A DNA stretch of 64,000 nucleotides, from assembly GCA_963666835.2 (NCBI GenBank), contig CAXXGO010000006.1, positions 576,001-640,000 on the forward strand, in the 5' to 3' direction. This DNA comes from Phycisphaerae bacterium (GTDB taxonomy: Bacteria > Planctomycetota > Phycisphaerae > UBA1845). The position numbers and the translations under genes were made by a program. Numbering within the stretch: position 1 is the stretch's first letter; each line of letters starts with the position of its first letter. Shown in pieces: positions 1 to 10,008 of the stretch. Below the pieces are notes generated by a model. It saw only the letters and a list, made by a program, of their open reading frames with translations. It searched no databases and had not been told where the DNA came from.

Positions 1-1
1 T

Positions 2-739
2 TCGTTTCCGAAGGGTGATTCCGTCAAGGACATCGGTTTGGGTGACATCGACCGGGACGGTGATCTGGACGTTGTTGCCACCTACCCAACCGCCCCGGCG
101 ATGAACGTTCGCTGGTACCGCAACCCCGTGACGGATACGTTGGATGATTACCACATTTCCGACGGAGCGTGGCAGGTCGGTACGGTGGCCCAGATCGCGA
201 CCGGAGCGGACGTTCTCGAATTGTCCGACATTGACTTGGACGGGATTCTGGATGTCGTAGTCCGTTCGTCGGCCGGCAGTGTTATCCAATGGCTAAAGGG
301 TCCGGAGGGACCGACGACCGCCCCGGTGCGCAGTATTCCCTGGCAGGTGTACACCCTGGCGGAATTCACCGAGCGCACCCCGCAAGCCATCGCCGTCGTC
401 GATCTTGATCTGGACGGGCAGGCCGAAGTCGTCGCCACCGCCGATGGCGGGCTGGTATGGTTCGACTCCACCCGAGCTCCGACGGTGTACGATCAGTGGG
501 GCGAAACGCTCATCATCGACGATATCTCGGCCGACGCGACGGATAACTCTCCCGCCACGACCGATCCCAACGTGCAACCGGTTGAAATCGCCGGGACAAC
601 GTTCATGAATTCGGTTCTGGCCGTGGACCTCGACGGCGACGGAGCCCGCGATCTTATTGTGCCCATGGATCGCGCCGGTTTGAGTGGGCTGACCAACGAC
701 GCTCTGGTCTGGTTCCGCAACACGCGCTTGGGTGAGTAG
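2..739 (+). CDS. FG-GAP/VCBS-repeat protein, 5'-truncated by the window edge
   Basis: The frame is open from position 2. Repeated DxDxDGxxDxV motifs (GDIDRDGDLDVV, DIDLDGILDVV, DLDLDGQAEVV, DLDGDGARDLI) occur with W(Y/F)xN motifs. Confidence 0.8.
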   Translation, partial: SFPKGDSVKDIGLGDIDRDGDLDVVATYPTAPAMNVRWYRNPVTDTLDDYHISDGAWQVGTVAQIATGADVLELSDIDLDGILDVVVRSSAGSVIQWLKGPEGPTTAPVRSIPWQVYTLAEFTERTPQAIAVVDLDLDGQAEVVATADGGLVWFDSTRAPTVYDQWGETLIIDDISADATDNSPATTDPNVQPVEIAGTTFMNSVLAVDLDGDGARDLIVPMDRAGLSGLTNDALVWFRNTRLGE

Positions 740-775
740 AAAGGGCGCCGCGGCGGACCCGAAGCAATCGGACCG

Positions 776-1339
776 TCAGTCTGTGGGTCCCGCTCCAATG
801 CGCCGGCTCAAGCGATCATAGAAATGCAGGGCGACGGCCTGTTCGGCCTTCACCACGTCGTCGGCGCCGAGCTGGCTGGCCTGCATCCCCTTCGATGAGT
901 AATTCGTTCGCGCGATGATGTAAATGTCCGGCTGGAGCCGCCGAGCCAGAGAGGTGGCCCGCAAAACCGCATCTTCGTCCGGAATGGTCAACGCCAGGAT
1001 TGTGGCACTACTGAGCCCGGCCTGCACCATGGTCTCCACCTGGGATATGTCGCCCTCCACGATCCGGCGCCCGAGAGCCCGCTGGGTTGCCACGGCCGCA
1101 GAGTTCCGCTCGACGATGGTGTAAGGAAGACCCGACTGGTCCAGCAAGTCGGCAACGCAGCGGCCCACCAAGCCGAACCCGACGACGATCACCCGGCCGG
1201 CGGATACTCCGCCCTCCGCCGGGCTCTGGGCCGGAGTAACCACCAGCCGCGTTCCCTCCGCCCACTCGGCCGGGCCGTCCAACTGTACCTGGTGATTCCG
1301 GTAGGTAGCGTTATAGGACTGGTTTGACGCAGGATCCAA
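776..1339 (-). CDS. TrkA-N/RCK (NAD-binding) domain protein with a short N-terminal extra domain
   Basis: Rossmann motif VIVVGFGLVG, plus IVEGD, IIART and LGADDVV segments typical of RCK_N domains. No transmembrane channel part. Confidence 0.8.
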   Translation of the reverse strand: MDPASNQSYNATYRNHQVQLDGPAEWAEGTRLVVTPAQSPAEGGVSAGRVIVVGFGLVGRCVADLLDQSGLPYTIVERNSAAVATQRALGRRIVEGDISQVETMVQAGLSSATILALTIPDEDAVLRATSLARRLQPDIYIIARTNYSSKGMQASQLGADDVVKAEQAVALHFYDRLSRRIGAGPTD

Positions 1340-1441
1340 AGGGGGACCTCACCACGCGGCTGCTGGAAACCACATTATCCGCAAGTCGGCATAATGCTCC
1401 CTCGCCAGGTCAGCCGCAACCGAGATCAGGCAGGGTTTTTA

Positions 1442-2836
1442 TCAAGACTTCCGCGAGTACTTCCGGATTGCTTCGCCGACCAGATAGAACGACCCGGTGA
1501 TGCAAATCAAGTCTTCCCGGGTAATGGCGCTGTACGCGATCTGCAGAGCCTCATCGAGCGAATCGGCCACCTGAGCCATCTTCCCACAACGATCGGAGTA
1601 CTCGGCGGCCAGCTCTGCCGGATCGCACGATCGGGGCGAGCCGATCGTCGTGAAGATGATCTTGTCCGCCCCAAGCTGGATCCGCCGGATCATCCCGGTG
1701 ACATCTTTGTCTTTGTGGCAGGCGAAAATCACGATCATCGAGTCGTAGGTAATATGCTGCCCGATACCGCGTACCAGAGCTTCGATGCTGGCGGCATTAT
1801 GCGCCCCGTCCACCAGAATCCGCGGCTCTTCCGAGATCATCTGCATCCGCCCGAGCAGCTTGACCTTCGACAGTCCCTCCATCGCCGCCTGGTCGTCCAC
1901 GGGGAACCCCCGGGACTTCAATACATCGAGCATATTGAGCGCCAAGGCGCAGTTCCGCGCCTGATGCTCGCCGAACAACGGGACGTGAAGATGCTCGAAC
2001 CGGCTGTTCGGTGTGGTCAGGCAGATCCGGGCGTGCCGACCCGCAGACCGTGAGAACTCGAACCGGTAGCTGAAATCGACCCCTTCGTTGGCGAACCGGA
2101 GCGGAGCGTCCATCTTCTTGGCCGCGTCCTGTAACACCGCCTTGACCTCCGGCCGTTGCGGAGAACTGACCACGGGGATCTCCTCCTTGAAGATTCCCGC
2201 CTTCTCCCTGGCAATCGACGCGATGTCCGTTCCAAGCTGGGCGAGGTGGTCGAAGCTGATATCCGTTATGCCGACCACCTCCGGCTTGACTACGTTGGTG
2301 GCATCCAACCGCCCGCCCAAGCCCGTCTCGATGACCGCGATATCCACTTCCTGCAGGGCGAACCAGTTGAGCGCCGCGGCCGTCATGACCTCGAAATAGG
2401 TCGGATTCGGAACCCGGGCCTTTTCCGTAATTGCTGCAACGGCGGAAACCGCTTTCGCAAAAGCGGCTTCGGTGATCATCTCGCCGTCGAGCATGATGCG
2501 CTCACGCACCGAAAGAACGTGTGGAGACGTGTACAACCCGGTCTTCATACCGCAAGCCTGGAGCATCCCGGCCAGCATCGTCGCCGTGCTGCCCTTCCCC
2601 TTGGTACCGGCAATATGAACGGTAGTCAGAGACTTATGCGGGTTTCCCAGCGCCGCCAGCAGCCGGTTCATCCGGGCCAGCCCAAAGTTGTCGGTGTTGT
2701 ACGGAGTGCGCGCGGAGCGCTCGTAGTTCGTCAGAGAGTTTAAAAAGTTCTCCGCTGAGCGAAAAGTACGAATACGCTTCACGAGCGCCTTGGCCTTGGC
2801 GGCCGGCTTCGGTCTGTCGATCGTTGCCCTAGTCAT
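1442..2836 (-). CDS. folC: Bifunctional folylpolyglutamate/dihydrofolate synthase
   Basis: HIAGTKGKGST P-loop, GLYTSPH, ETGLGGRLDATN, LVDGAHN and ITGSFYLVGE motifs. Confidence 0.95.
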   Translation of the reverse strand: MTRATIDRPKPAAKAKALVKRIRTFRSAENFLNSLTNYERSARTPYNTDNFGLARMNRLLAALGNPHKSLTTVHIAGTKGKGSTATMLAGMLQACGMKTGLYTSPHVLSVRERIMLDGEMITEAAFAKAVSAVAAITEKARVPNPTYFEVMTAAALNWFALQEVDIAVIETGLGGRLDATNVVKPEVVGITDISFDHLAQLGTDIASIAREKAGIFKEEIPVVSSPQRPEVKAVLQDAAKKMDAPLRFANEGVDFSYRFEFSRSAGRHARICLTTPNSRFEHLHVPLFGEHQARNCALALNMLDVLKSRGFPVDDQAAMEGLSKVKLLGRMQMISEEPRILVDGAHNAASIEALVRGIGQHITYDSMIVIFACHKDKDVTGMIRRIQLGADKIIFTTIGSPRSCDPAELAAEYSDRCGKMAQVADSLDEALQIAYSAITREDLICITGSFYLVGEAIRKYSRKS

Positions 2837-3180
2837 AGGCGATGAGTTTACTGAACTTTCAAGATATCGTCAATGCGGATTAATCCGCGGTACCGTCATA
2901 TCCCAGTAACAGCTAGTACGGGACCACACCTGTAACTTCCTGAAAGAGAACAGGTTGCGCCAGTTTCCCTGTTCATGGAGACCCCCAAGCGGGGGCACCA
3001 ACTGCTGAAGAACACGTCACTATTATACGCACTATGGGCCCAAAAGTGCGCAGAGTTCCGTAAAAAACCGTACTGCCCGACATCTGCAGCAGCCTCGCCG
3101 CCGGAGGACAGCCCTCCCGCGCAACGAAATGATGCGCACGCCGGGGGCTCAGATTCGGCCTCGACGGGTACAATCCTGCC

Positions 3181-4278
3181 ATGTTCGATTTCGAAGTCTC
3201 CTATCCCGACTCGAGAACGAGCGTCGTGGTGCGCCCTGCGGTCTTGAGCCAGGTTGGAACGCTGCTCAGAGCCGCCCGCGGGCCATCGGCGGCTCCGCGG
3301 GTGTTCCTGGTCTCGGACACGACCGTTGGTGGGCTCTACGCGGACCGGGTGCTCACCTCATTGCGCAATGCCGGCTTCGTACCGGATGAGTTCCGTATCG
3401 TGCCCGGGGAGGCGTCGAAGAGCCTGCGCGTGGCCGAAGAGGTTTATCGGGCTATGGCCGAAGCGCAACTTGGCCGAGACTCGTTACTCCTCGCGCTGGG
3501 CGGCGGAGTGGTCAGCGACCTGACGGGGTTCATTGCGGCCACGTGGATGCGCGGGGTCCCCTTTGCGATATGCCCGACCACTTTGGAGGCCGATGTCGAT
3601 GCATCTCTGGGCGGTAAGACCGCAGTCAACATACCTGCGGGGAAGAACTTGGTTGGGGCGTTCCACCAGCCGGTCGTCGTCGCGGTCGATCCGGATTGCC
3701 TCACTACGCTCGATCCCAGAGACGTTCGGTCCGGCATGGCGGAGTCTATCAAGCACGGGCTGATTACTTCTGAGGAACTGGTTGCGTGGCACGAGGACCA
3801 TGCAGACCGGATCCTTGCCCTCGAAGGCACGGCGGCGACCGAGCTGATCTTGAAGAACCTTAGGGTCAAGGCGAACGTGGTCACGCGCGATCCCGGAGAA
3901 CAGACCGGGGCGCGGATCATGCTGAACCTCGGCCACACGATCGGTCATGCGATCGAAGCACGTTGCGGTTTTACCCTGCGGCATGGGGAATGTGTAGCTT
4001 TGGGAACACTCGCCTGCGCCCGGCTGTCGGAAAGGCTGGGTTTGCTGGAGAGACCCGTGGTCGACCGTATTGCGCGTTTGCTGGACCGGTTCGGGCTCCC
4101 AACCTCGTTGGGTGTGCCAATCGCCACCGATGACATCATCACGACTCTGCGCCGGGACAAGAAGGCTCGTGACGGGAAGGTGCAGTTCGTGCTACTCGAA
4201 GGTCTCGGCCGGCCTGTTGTGCGTCACGATGTTCCCGAAGACCTTGCGGCGGAGGCCTACGAGTCGTTACTGGATTAG
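3181..4278 (+). CDS. aroB: 3-dehydroquinate synthase
   Basis: GEASKSL, ALGGGVVSDLTGF, PTTL..DASLGGKTAVN, KNLVGAFHQP, LNLGHTIGHAIE and HGECVA motifs. Confidence 0.95.
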   Translation: MFDFEVSYPDSRTSVVVRPAVLSQVGTLLRAARGPSAAPRVFLVSDTTVGGLYADRVLTSLRNAGFVPDEFRIVPGEASKSLRVAEEVYRAMAEAQLGRDSLLLALGGGVVSDLTGFIAATWMRGVPFAICPTTLEADVDASLGGKTAVNIPAGKNLVGAFHQPVVVAVDPDCLTTLDPRDVRSGMAESIKHGLITSEELVAWHEDHADRILALEGTAATELILKNLRVKANVVTRDPGEQTGARIMLNLGHTIGHAIEARCGFTLRHGECVALGTLACARLSERLGLLERPVVDRIARLLDRFGLPTSLGVPIATDDIITTLRRDKKARDGKVQFVLLEGLGRPVVRHDVPEDLAAEAYESLLD

Positions 4279-4287
4279 GGCAGGCGG

Positions 4288-4968
4288 TCAGACATCGACC
4301 TTGCGGGTGACGGGCGCGGGATATGAACCGCAGCGCCCGGGGCTTTCGCAGGGCGCTCCTGCCAGTTCGGCGAACATGCGGGAGAGAAGTTCCATGGGAA
4401 GACCGACCACGTTGGTGAAGCTGCCCGAGATAGTCCTGACGAACGGGTCGCCCTGGTCCTGAATCCCGTATGCTCCGGCCTTTCCCGCCCACGCCCCCGT
4501 ATCGAGGTAGCTCTCCAGCTCCGTGTCGCTCAACAACCGCATGGTTACGGCGGTGGATTCACTGCGGATCAGTCGCCGCCGCTTGGCCGCGTCGAGGATT
4601 GTGACGCCGGTAATCACCTCGTGGGTGGTCCCACCCAAACTGGTGAGGATCCGCCGGGCGTCGGCTCGGTCTCGGGGTTTACCGAATACGGTCTCGGCGA
4701 GAGCGACCACCGTATCGGCGGCAATGACGATTCCCTCATCGAGTCGGTCGGCTACGCTCCGGGCCTTGAAGTAGCTGAGGGCCTCGGCTTGTCGGACAGG
4801 GGACGTTCCTTCGGACAATTGCTGCGGTTCATCGATCTGCGGTGGAGATTTAACAAACTGATAGCCGTGGTCCTTGAGCAAGGCAGACCGTTGCGGACTG
4901 CCCGATGCCAGAACCAGCCGCGTCTTGCCGGACCGCTTGTCACCTTTCGTATCCACAACTTGCCTCAT
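4288..4968 (-). CDS. maf: Maf-family nucleoside triphosphate pyrophosphatase
   Basis: LVLASGSPQR, IAADTVV, GKP, GKAGAYGIQ and GSFTNVVGLP motifs. Confidence 0.93.
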   Translation of the reverse strand: MRQVVDTKGDKRSGKTRLVLASGSPQRSALLKDHGYQFVKSPPQIDEPQQLSEGTSPVRQAEALSYFKARSVADRLDEGIVIAADTVVALAETVFGKPRDRADARRILTSLGGTTHEVITGVTILDAAKRRRLIRSESTAVTMRLLSDTELESYLDTGAWAGKAGAYGIQDQGDPFVRTISGSFTNVVGLPMELLSRMFAELAGAPCESPGRCGSYPAPVTRKVDV

Positions 4969-5092
4969 CCATAGCGAAGCCGCCGATCCCCGTCGACCTT
5001 ACGGCAAGATACCACTGCCGAGACGATCAGGGAACGGCGGCTCCACCGCGCTATTGGATGTCAGCGCGTTTTTTCGGTAGCGGCCAGCGAGT

Positions 5093-5854
5093 TTAGCGCC
5101 GGCGTTTGCGGGTACGAAGGGTCGCAAACGCGCCGACCAGCATCAGCCCCAAAGTAGCCGGCTCGGGAACGGCGACGCCCTGCACCAGGACCAGCATGTC
5201 CTGGTAATCCTGATCGCAACCGGGGTCGAAGGCCATAATGTACGAACCGTCTTTCGCCTGCGGTACGACCAACTGATATCCGTTGGCAGTCCACCCGTAG
5301 ATGTCCAACCCGCTGACATCGAAAGTCACCACGCGGTCACGCTCACCGTTGGAGAAGGCAGCGTTGAGCGGCGCGGCGGTCCAGGCCGTGGGGTTATTGG
5401 AGTCGTCCCCGAAGACTATCCAAGTGGGCGTCGAGAAGCTCAGTGACGAAGTTGCCCCAAAGGTGTTGACCCTCGGAGCGAACTGGGTCTCGGTGGCGCC
5501 GTCCAGCAGCATACCGTCGTAGACCAGTTCCTGCCCGAGCGTGTCGAGGGGGTTTGCGGAGCCGCCCCAGTAATCGGTCAGCAGGGTGACATCGATCTTG
5601 CTCCCGAGCCAGGCATTGTCGAGCATGTCAGGCACCCGGCGCCCACCTGCTCCGCTGTTGAGGTAGTCCGTACTGGTCCAGGCGTAGCCCGGAGCCACAC
5701 TGCTGAGCGCCTGCCAGAGGTCCGGCTCCTGCCCCGACGTAGCGTCGTGGATAGTAGTGAAGACGCTCGCCGATGCCGAATTCGCGATAACCACAGTCAA
5801 GATCCCGACCAATCCCGTACACGCAAACCGCTTAGTGCCCTTCATCTGATGCAT
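5093..5854 (-). CDS. PEP-CTERM sorting-domain protein (start may be 5845)
   Basis: N-terminal signal peptide. C-terminal VPEPATLGLMLVGAFATLRTRKRRR has the PEP motif, a hydrophobic helix and a basic tail. GGAGG spacing favours the second ATG at 5845. Confidence 0.88.
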   Translation of the reverse strand: MHQMKGTKRFACTGLVGILTVVIANSASASVFTTIHDATSGQEPDLWQALSSVAPGYAWTSTDYLNSGAGGRRVPDMLDNAWLGSKIDVTLLTDYWGGSANPLDTLGQELVYDGMLLDGATETQFAPRVNTFGATSSLSFSTPTWIVFGDDSNNPTAWTAAPLNAAFSNGERDRVVTFDVSGLDIYGWTANGYQLVVPQAKDGSYIMAFDPGCDQDYQDMLVLVQGVAVPEPATLGLMLVGAFATLRTRKRRR

Positions 5855-6236
5855 TCCTCCCCGCTTATTCGTTCTCGGACAATTCCGAGCCCCCCCCGTT
5901 GACCTGTATCCGGGTTGCTCGCAATCCTAGCCCTCGCGCAGTGAACAAGTCCAATGCCTTTTCCGGCATGGTCCGCCTAACCGCTACGCTTCCGGTGAAA
6001 TGCGGACCCGCCCGCCATTCCACCGATAATGACGTTCATGTGACACCTAAGAGCAGGCATTTGTTGTACCTTATCAATACCAATCGGACGAGTTCGGCAG
6101 AATTTTCCGCCCCGCATATCGGAGGTGGGTATCGGGCCTTATCTCGAGCGGAAAGCGGGCGGACCCGGATTATTCACGAAGTTCGCGTGAATTCGCGCAG
6201 CTCGCTTTAGCGCCATCCCTTGAAGATGGCGTCATG

Positions 6237-6795
6237 GTAACACAGGGCGCTTTCACGCCAGGGACAAGCCCTGGCGTTACATTGATTCGCGGCCTGCAGT
6301 TCATTCGGGTGAACGACCCCAAGGCAGGTAGGTCGGGCTCAGCCCAATTGTACTAACCTTGGCAGGCGAAACGAGAGAGTCCTCTCTGATGTGTGGATTG
6401 CGTCCCGTCCTAGTACGCCAACGGCGTCGCGTCCTACAGCCCAGGGTTGCCGCGTAGCAGCTACCCTGGGATTACGGTTACATTAAAGATGGACCCCAAC
6501 GATCCCGGAGCGGTGGCGAAACCTCCCGGCCCGATTGCCGTCCGCGGTTTGCGGCTATTCGGGCAATCTATGAAACCGTCCGCCGGCTCTTCGGGACACC
6601 CCCGTAGCGTAGGCTTCCAGCCTGCCTCGAGATCCGCCCTCCTCCGGCCCTTCGGGACGGGAGTACGTGGGGAGCGATCTCACCCACGGGTTCTGCTTCG
6701 CTCCACCCGCGGCTACTTGCCCAAAGTCCCTTCGGGACGGGTTACCGCACGACTACCTAACAAGGTTAGTACCATTGGGCAGAGCCCGACTTACC
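6237..6795. repeat. Intergenic mosaic of REP-like palindromes, with 40-bp inverted repeats at 6327-6366 and 6756-6795
   Basis: The inverted repeat pair matches at 35/40 positions. Hairpins include acgccaggg-acaag-ccctggcgt (just outside the pair), cccagggttgc..gcagctaccctggg, gtagcgtaggcttccagcctgc and cccttcgggac twice. Confidence 0.75.
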
Positions 6796-6798
6796 GTA

Positions 6799-9700
6799 CT
6801 ACTCTTCCAGCGGTTCGTCCGACGCGAGTTGTTCGGCCAGGGTTCGCTTTGGAGCGCCTTGGACTTTGCTGCGGCGAATGAACTTCTGGGCAAACAGGTT
6901 GTTGGGTACGGCGATCTTCTTGCCCTCCTCGGACCGCAGAGTCGTGAAAAGGAAGTTGATGTCAATCGCTTGGCCCTCCAGGCCTTCGGGTAGGACCTCG
7001 ACCCATTCTCCTACGTTGAAAGGTCGCCAGATAAGAATCACAAACGTCGCCAGGACGTTACTCAGAATACTCCAAACCGCGACGAACCCGATCGCAACCA
7101 TGGCTAGTACCGCGGTCAGAAACGTCCACAGGCTGTCCATCTGGAAGCCAGCTAAGGCCACGATTATCAAGACAACCAGCAGGGCGAGCACCCCGCGCGC
7201 CCAACGCCTTATTATGTTGACGGTGCTAATCGGAAGTCGTCCGGAGGCAAAGAGCGTGTACAGTGCGGCAAAGGCGACGCGGTCGATCATCAGGGCGACC
7301 ACGACCACCAAGGCGCCGAACCCGACCTTGCGCCACGCAAGCCACTCCGACCGGAACGGAATATCCCATGCCCAGAGAACGAGCACGACCGCCGCGGCCA
7401 GTCCCCCCAGACGCACCAGGGCTTTGAGCAGTTTGAACGAATACCGGGTGCGACCTTCGTCAAGGTCTCCCATTCCACCGCCGAACTCGGCCGGGGGCTC
7501 GTCGGAATTCTCCACGGGAAGGCCTACATGCCGGTCGATGACGTCGGCCAAATACTCCGTCGCAGCACCCAGAATAAGAACGATTCCCGTGGCCAGGAGC
7601 AGTCCGGTACCGACAAACGTCACCAGCGCCCCGAATCCCAGAAGCTGTAACAACAGGAGCAGGACGACGAGGATCAAGGCCAGCGGATAGACGATCCATG
7701 CGACCATCATGCCCCAGTGCCGCCGCCGCCCATCGCCAAGACCGAGCACCCGCTCTTTGCGAAGCAAAAAGAGCAGCAACAAGACCAGAAAGCACGCCTT
7801 GTACGTTTCCACAAGAACATCGTGAAGGGCCGGGGCTAAGCCGACCACGCGCAGCAGCAATGGTATCGGCAACGCCACCAGCGAGAGCACGACAAGCATC
7901 GACAGCCACCAGTGGTAATGCCGGGCGACGGGATCGCTGCAAGGAATGGGCCGATGGACCGGGCTGTGGGCCTCGAACAGATGATGCACCAATCGAAGCG
8001 CCGTTATCGCCGCGGCAATTGCGGCGAAGAAAGCCAGCATCCCCATCCACAGAAGGTCATGGCCCAGCACGCGCCACGCCCCGAATACGAGGGCGGATGC
8101 CAGCAGGAGCGGAATCGCCAAATCACCGACCATGTTAAGAGCCATCAGGTTGACACGCATGCTCAAACCGGAGCCGACCGGCGCGCCGTCCGGACGGTTC
8201 TCGCTTTGAACCACAATGTCACGTGCCAGGCGGACGCCTCTTCGCCGGGCGACGCGAAAGAGCAGGAACCCGAGTGCCAGCGACGCGACAATGGCCGACG
8301 CCACCCAGACCCAGTCTCCTGCGGAGGCGGCGGCCAGATCCGCCCGCCCCCCGCGCGCCAGCGCCTGCAACACCTCGCCGTTTTCGACGTCATCGCCAAA
8401 CAGCTCTTCGTGAAAGAGCTCCCGAGCATTCTGCTCCACGTCGGTTTGTAGCTCAGGCTCCGGGGGACGCGCCAGAGCAGCCAGTTCCACCCAGGCTGCC
8501 GACCAGCCTATCCCCATTAGACCGGGATCACGGCTCGTGATGCGCTTCCACCGTAACTGCTGGCCGATGTTCTGCAGGTAGAGTTCGTGCTGCTCGAGAC
8601 CGGAGAGTGCGTCGTTGAGTCGGCCGGCCACGTCCTCCCAGGTCTTAATGGCATCGCGCATTGACTCCTCGAGGCTTGCGCGCAGGTTTGCCACTTCCGC
8701 GTCACGCGGAGCCCTTTCCTGCACATCCAAAGCGGCAAGCTCCGCGGTCAGCCGATCCGTAAGGGAGGAGAATCGTTTTCGCACGTTTTCGCGCACAAGT
8801 TGCAGGTCCTGGGATTCGTCCATGGTGCGAGCGAGTCGCGCGCGGACCATGGCCGGATTGGTGGCGAACTCGGCCCGTTCCGCTTCAAGCTGTCGCTGAA
8901 GCTCGGCAGCCTCTTCGCCGCTGCAGTATCCCAGGGATCTCATCGTGCGATCCCAATAGGTCTTCGAAAGCGCGATTCGTTCAGTAATACGCTCGAGAGC
9001 CCGCTGTGGGAAACGGCGTTGAAGGGCCTCGAGCTCTTCCGGTCGCTGGAAGTAGTGGACCCGGGCCTTCTCTCCGAGCAGTTGCAGATCCAGCAGGGTC
9101 GATTGGATCGGGTCCGTGGTTTGGGCTCGCTCCATTTCCAGGTTCGCGAGCCGGCTTCGGCTTCGGGCCTCGCCGAGCGCTGTGATCCGCCGGTTCAGGG
9201 CTTGCAGTTTCCGGCGGCTGGTCTCCAGTAGGAGCTTGTCCTGTTTACTCAGGAGTTCCGCCTCCTGCCGCTCCATGGGCAGAGTTTCCAACGCCAGCTC
9301 GGCCGTGGCCGATTGCACGTCGAGCCGTTCGCGTTCAAGAAGCAGTCGTCGTTGCTTATCCGGGGCGGCGGCCGCGTGATTGGCATCTGCCCGTTTCCTA
9401 AGTTCTTCCCTCTCCGCGCGCAGCCGGGCCAACTCTGCTTCGAGCTGCTCTTGTTGTTGCCCCAGGCCGCCGGTCAACATTTGCAGCCGGCGAGCCTGGG
9501 TATCCGACAATGTTGCGACCTGAACTTCGAGGTTACCGACTTGGGTGGTAAGCTCTTGGGTTTGCACGTCTCCCGCTGTATCCGGGTCGACTGCTTCGTT
9601 CAGCTTGTCCGTATCGCGTTGGAGTTGCGCCAGCTTCTCGTTCGTCGCCGCCAGATACTCCTCACTCGTCAAGTTCGCGATGCTGGTTCGCAAAGGCCCG

Positions 9701-10008
9701 GAGCGCCCGAGTTGGTTGGCGTACCCCTCCCACGCGCGATACGCGGATTCCTGCAGAGCGCGGACGGCAGTGGCGTTCTCGTCAGCGGGGTCGGGAGGGT
9801 CCCCGGCCAGGAGCGGTCCCAGCTCCGCCATCCGCTGCTGGGCTTGGGCGATGCGGTCGGCGACGTCCTGTTCCGAACGCGGAACTTGTCGCAGAAGCGC
9901 CTCGGAGTACGGCGGCACGGGCGAACCCCCATTCAGCGGTTTCGGCTCCGCCTGCCCGGCGGCCGTAAAAGCCAGTAACGCCCCGACCAGAAAGTTCTGC
10001 AACACCAT
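6799..10008 (-). CDS. Large MscS-family mechanosensitive channel with a long coiled-coil periplasmic region
   Basis: Signal peptide, ~500 aa of coiled coil and multiple TM helices. C-terminal MscS core: IGFVAVWSILSNV..RPFNVGEWVEV..G...DINFLFTTLRS..IAVPNN. GGAGG RBS upstream. Confidence 0.85.
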   Translation of the reverse strand: MVLQNFLVGALLAFTAAGQAEPKPLNGGSPVPPYSEALLRQVPRSEQDVADRIAQAQQRMAELGPLLAGDPPDPADENATAVRALQESAYRAWEGYANQLGRSGPLRTSIANLTSEEYLAATNEKLAQLQRDTDKLNEAVDPDTAGDVQTQELTTQVGNLEVQVATLSDTQARRLQMLTGGLGQQQEQLEAELARLRAEREELRKRADANHAAAAPDKQRRLLLERERLDVQSATAELALETLPMERQEAELLSKQDKLLLETSRRKLQALNRRITALGEARSRSRLANLEMERAQTTDPIQSTLLDLQLLGEKARVHYFQRPEELEALQRRFPQRALERITERIALSKTYWDRTMRSLGYCSGEEAAELQRQLEAERAEFATNPAMVRARLARTMDESQDLQLVRENVRKRFSSLTDRLTAELAALDVQERAPRDAEVANLRASLEESMRDAIKTWEDVAGRLNDALSGLEQHELYLQNIGQQLRWKRITSRDPGLMGIGWSAAWVELAALARPPEPELQTDVEQNARELFHEELFGDDVENGEVLQALARGGRADLAAASAGDWVWVASAIVASLALGFLLFRVARRRGVRLARDIVVQSENRPDGAPVGSGLSMRVNLMALNMVGDLAIPLLLASALVFGAWRVLGHDLLWMGMLAFFAAIAAAITALRLVHHLFEAHSPVHRPIPCSDPVARHYHWWLSMLVVLSLVALPIPLLLRVVGLAPALHDVLVETYKACFLVLLLLFLLRKERVLGLGDGRRRHWGMMVAWIVYPLALILVVLLLLLQLLGFGALVTFVGTGLLLATGIVLILGAATEYLADVIDRHVGLPVENSDEPPAEFGGGMGDLDEGRTRYSFKLLKALVRLGGLAAAVVLVLWAWDIPFRSEWLAWRKVGFGALVVVVALMIDRVAFAALYTLFASGRLPISTVNIIRRWARGVLALLVVLIIVALAGFQMDSLWTFLTAVLAMVAIGFVAVWSILSNVLATFVILIWRPFNVGEWVEVLPEGLEGQAIDINFLFTTLRSEEGKKIAVPNNLFAQKFIRRSKVQGAPKRTLAEQLASDEPLEE

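Noticed and set aside
6447..6881. 144-aa ORF inside the inverted-repeat element, considered as a transposase remnant
   Set aside because: It has no HUH, DDE or other motif, and the translation simply reflects palindromic repeat DNA.
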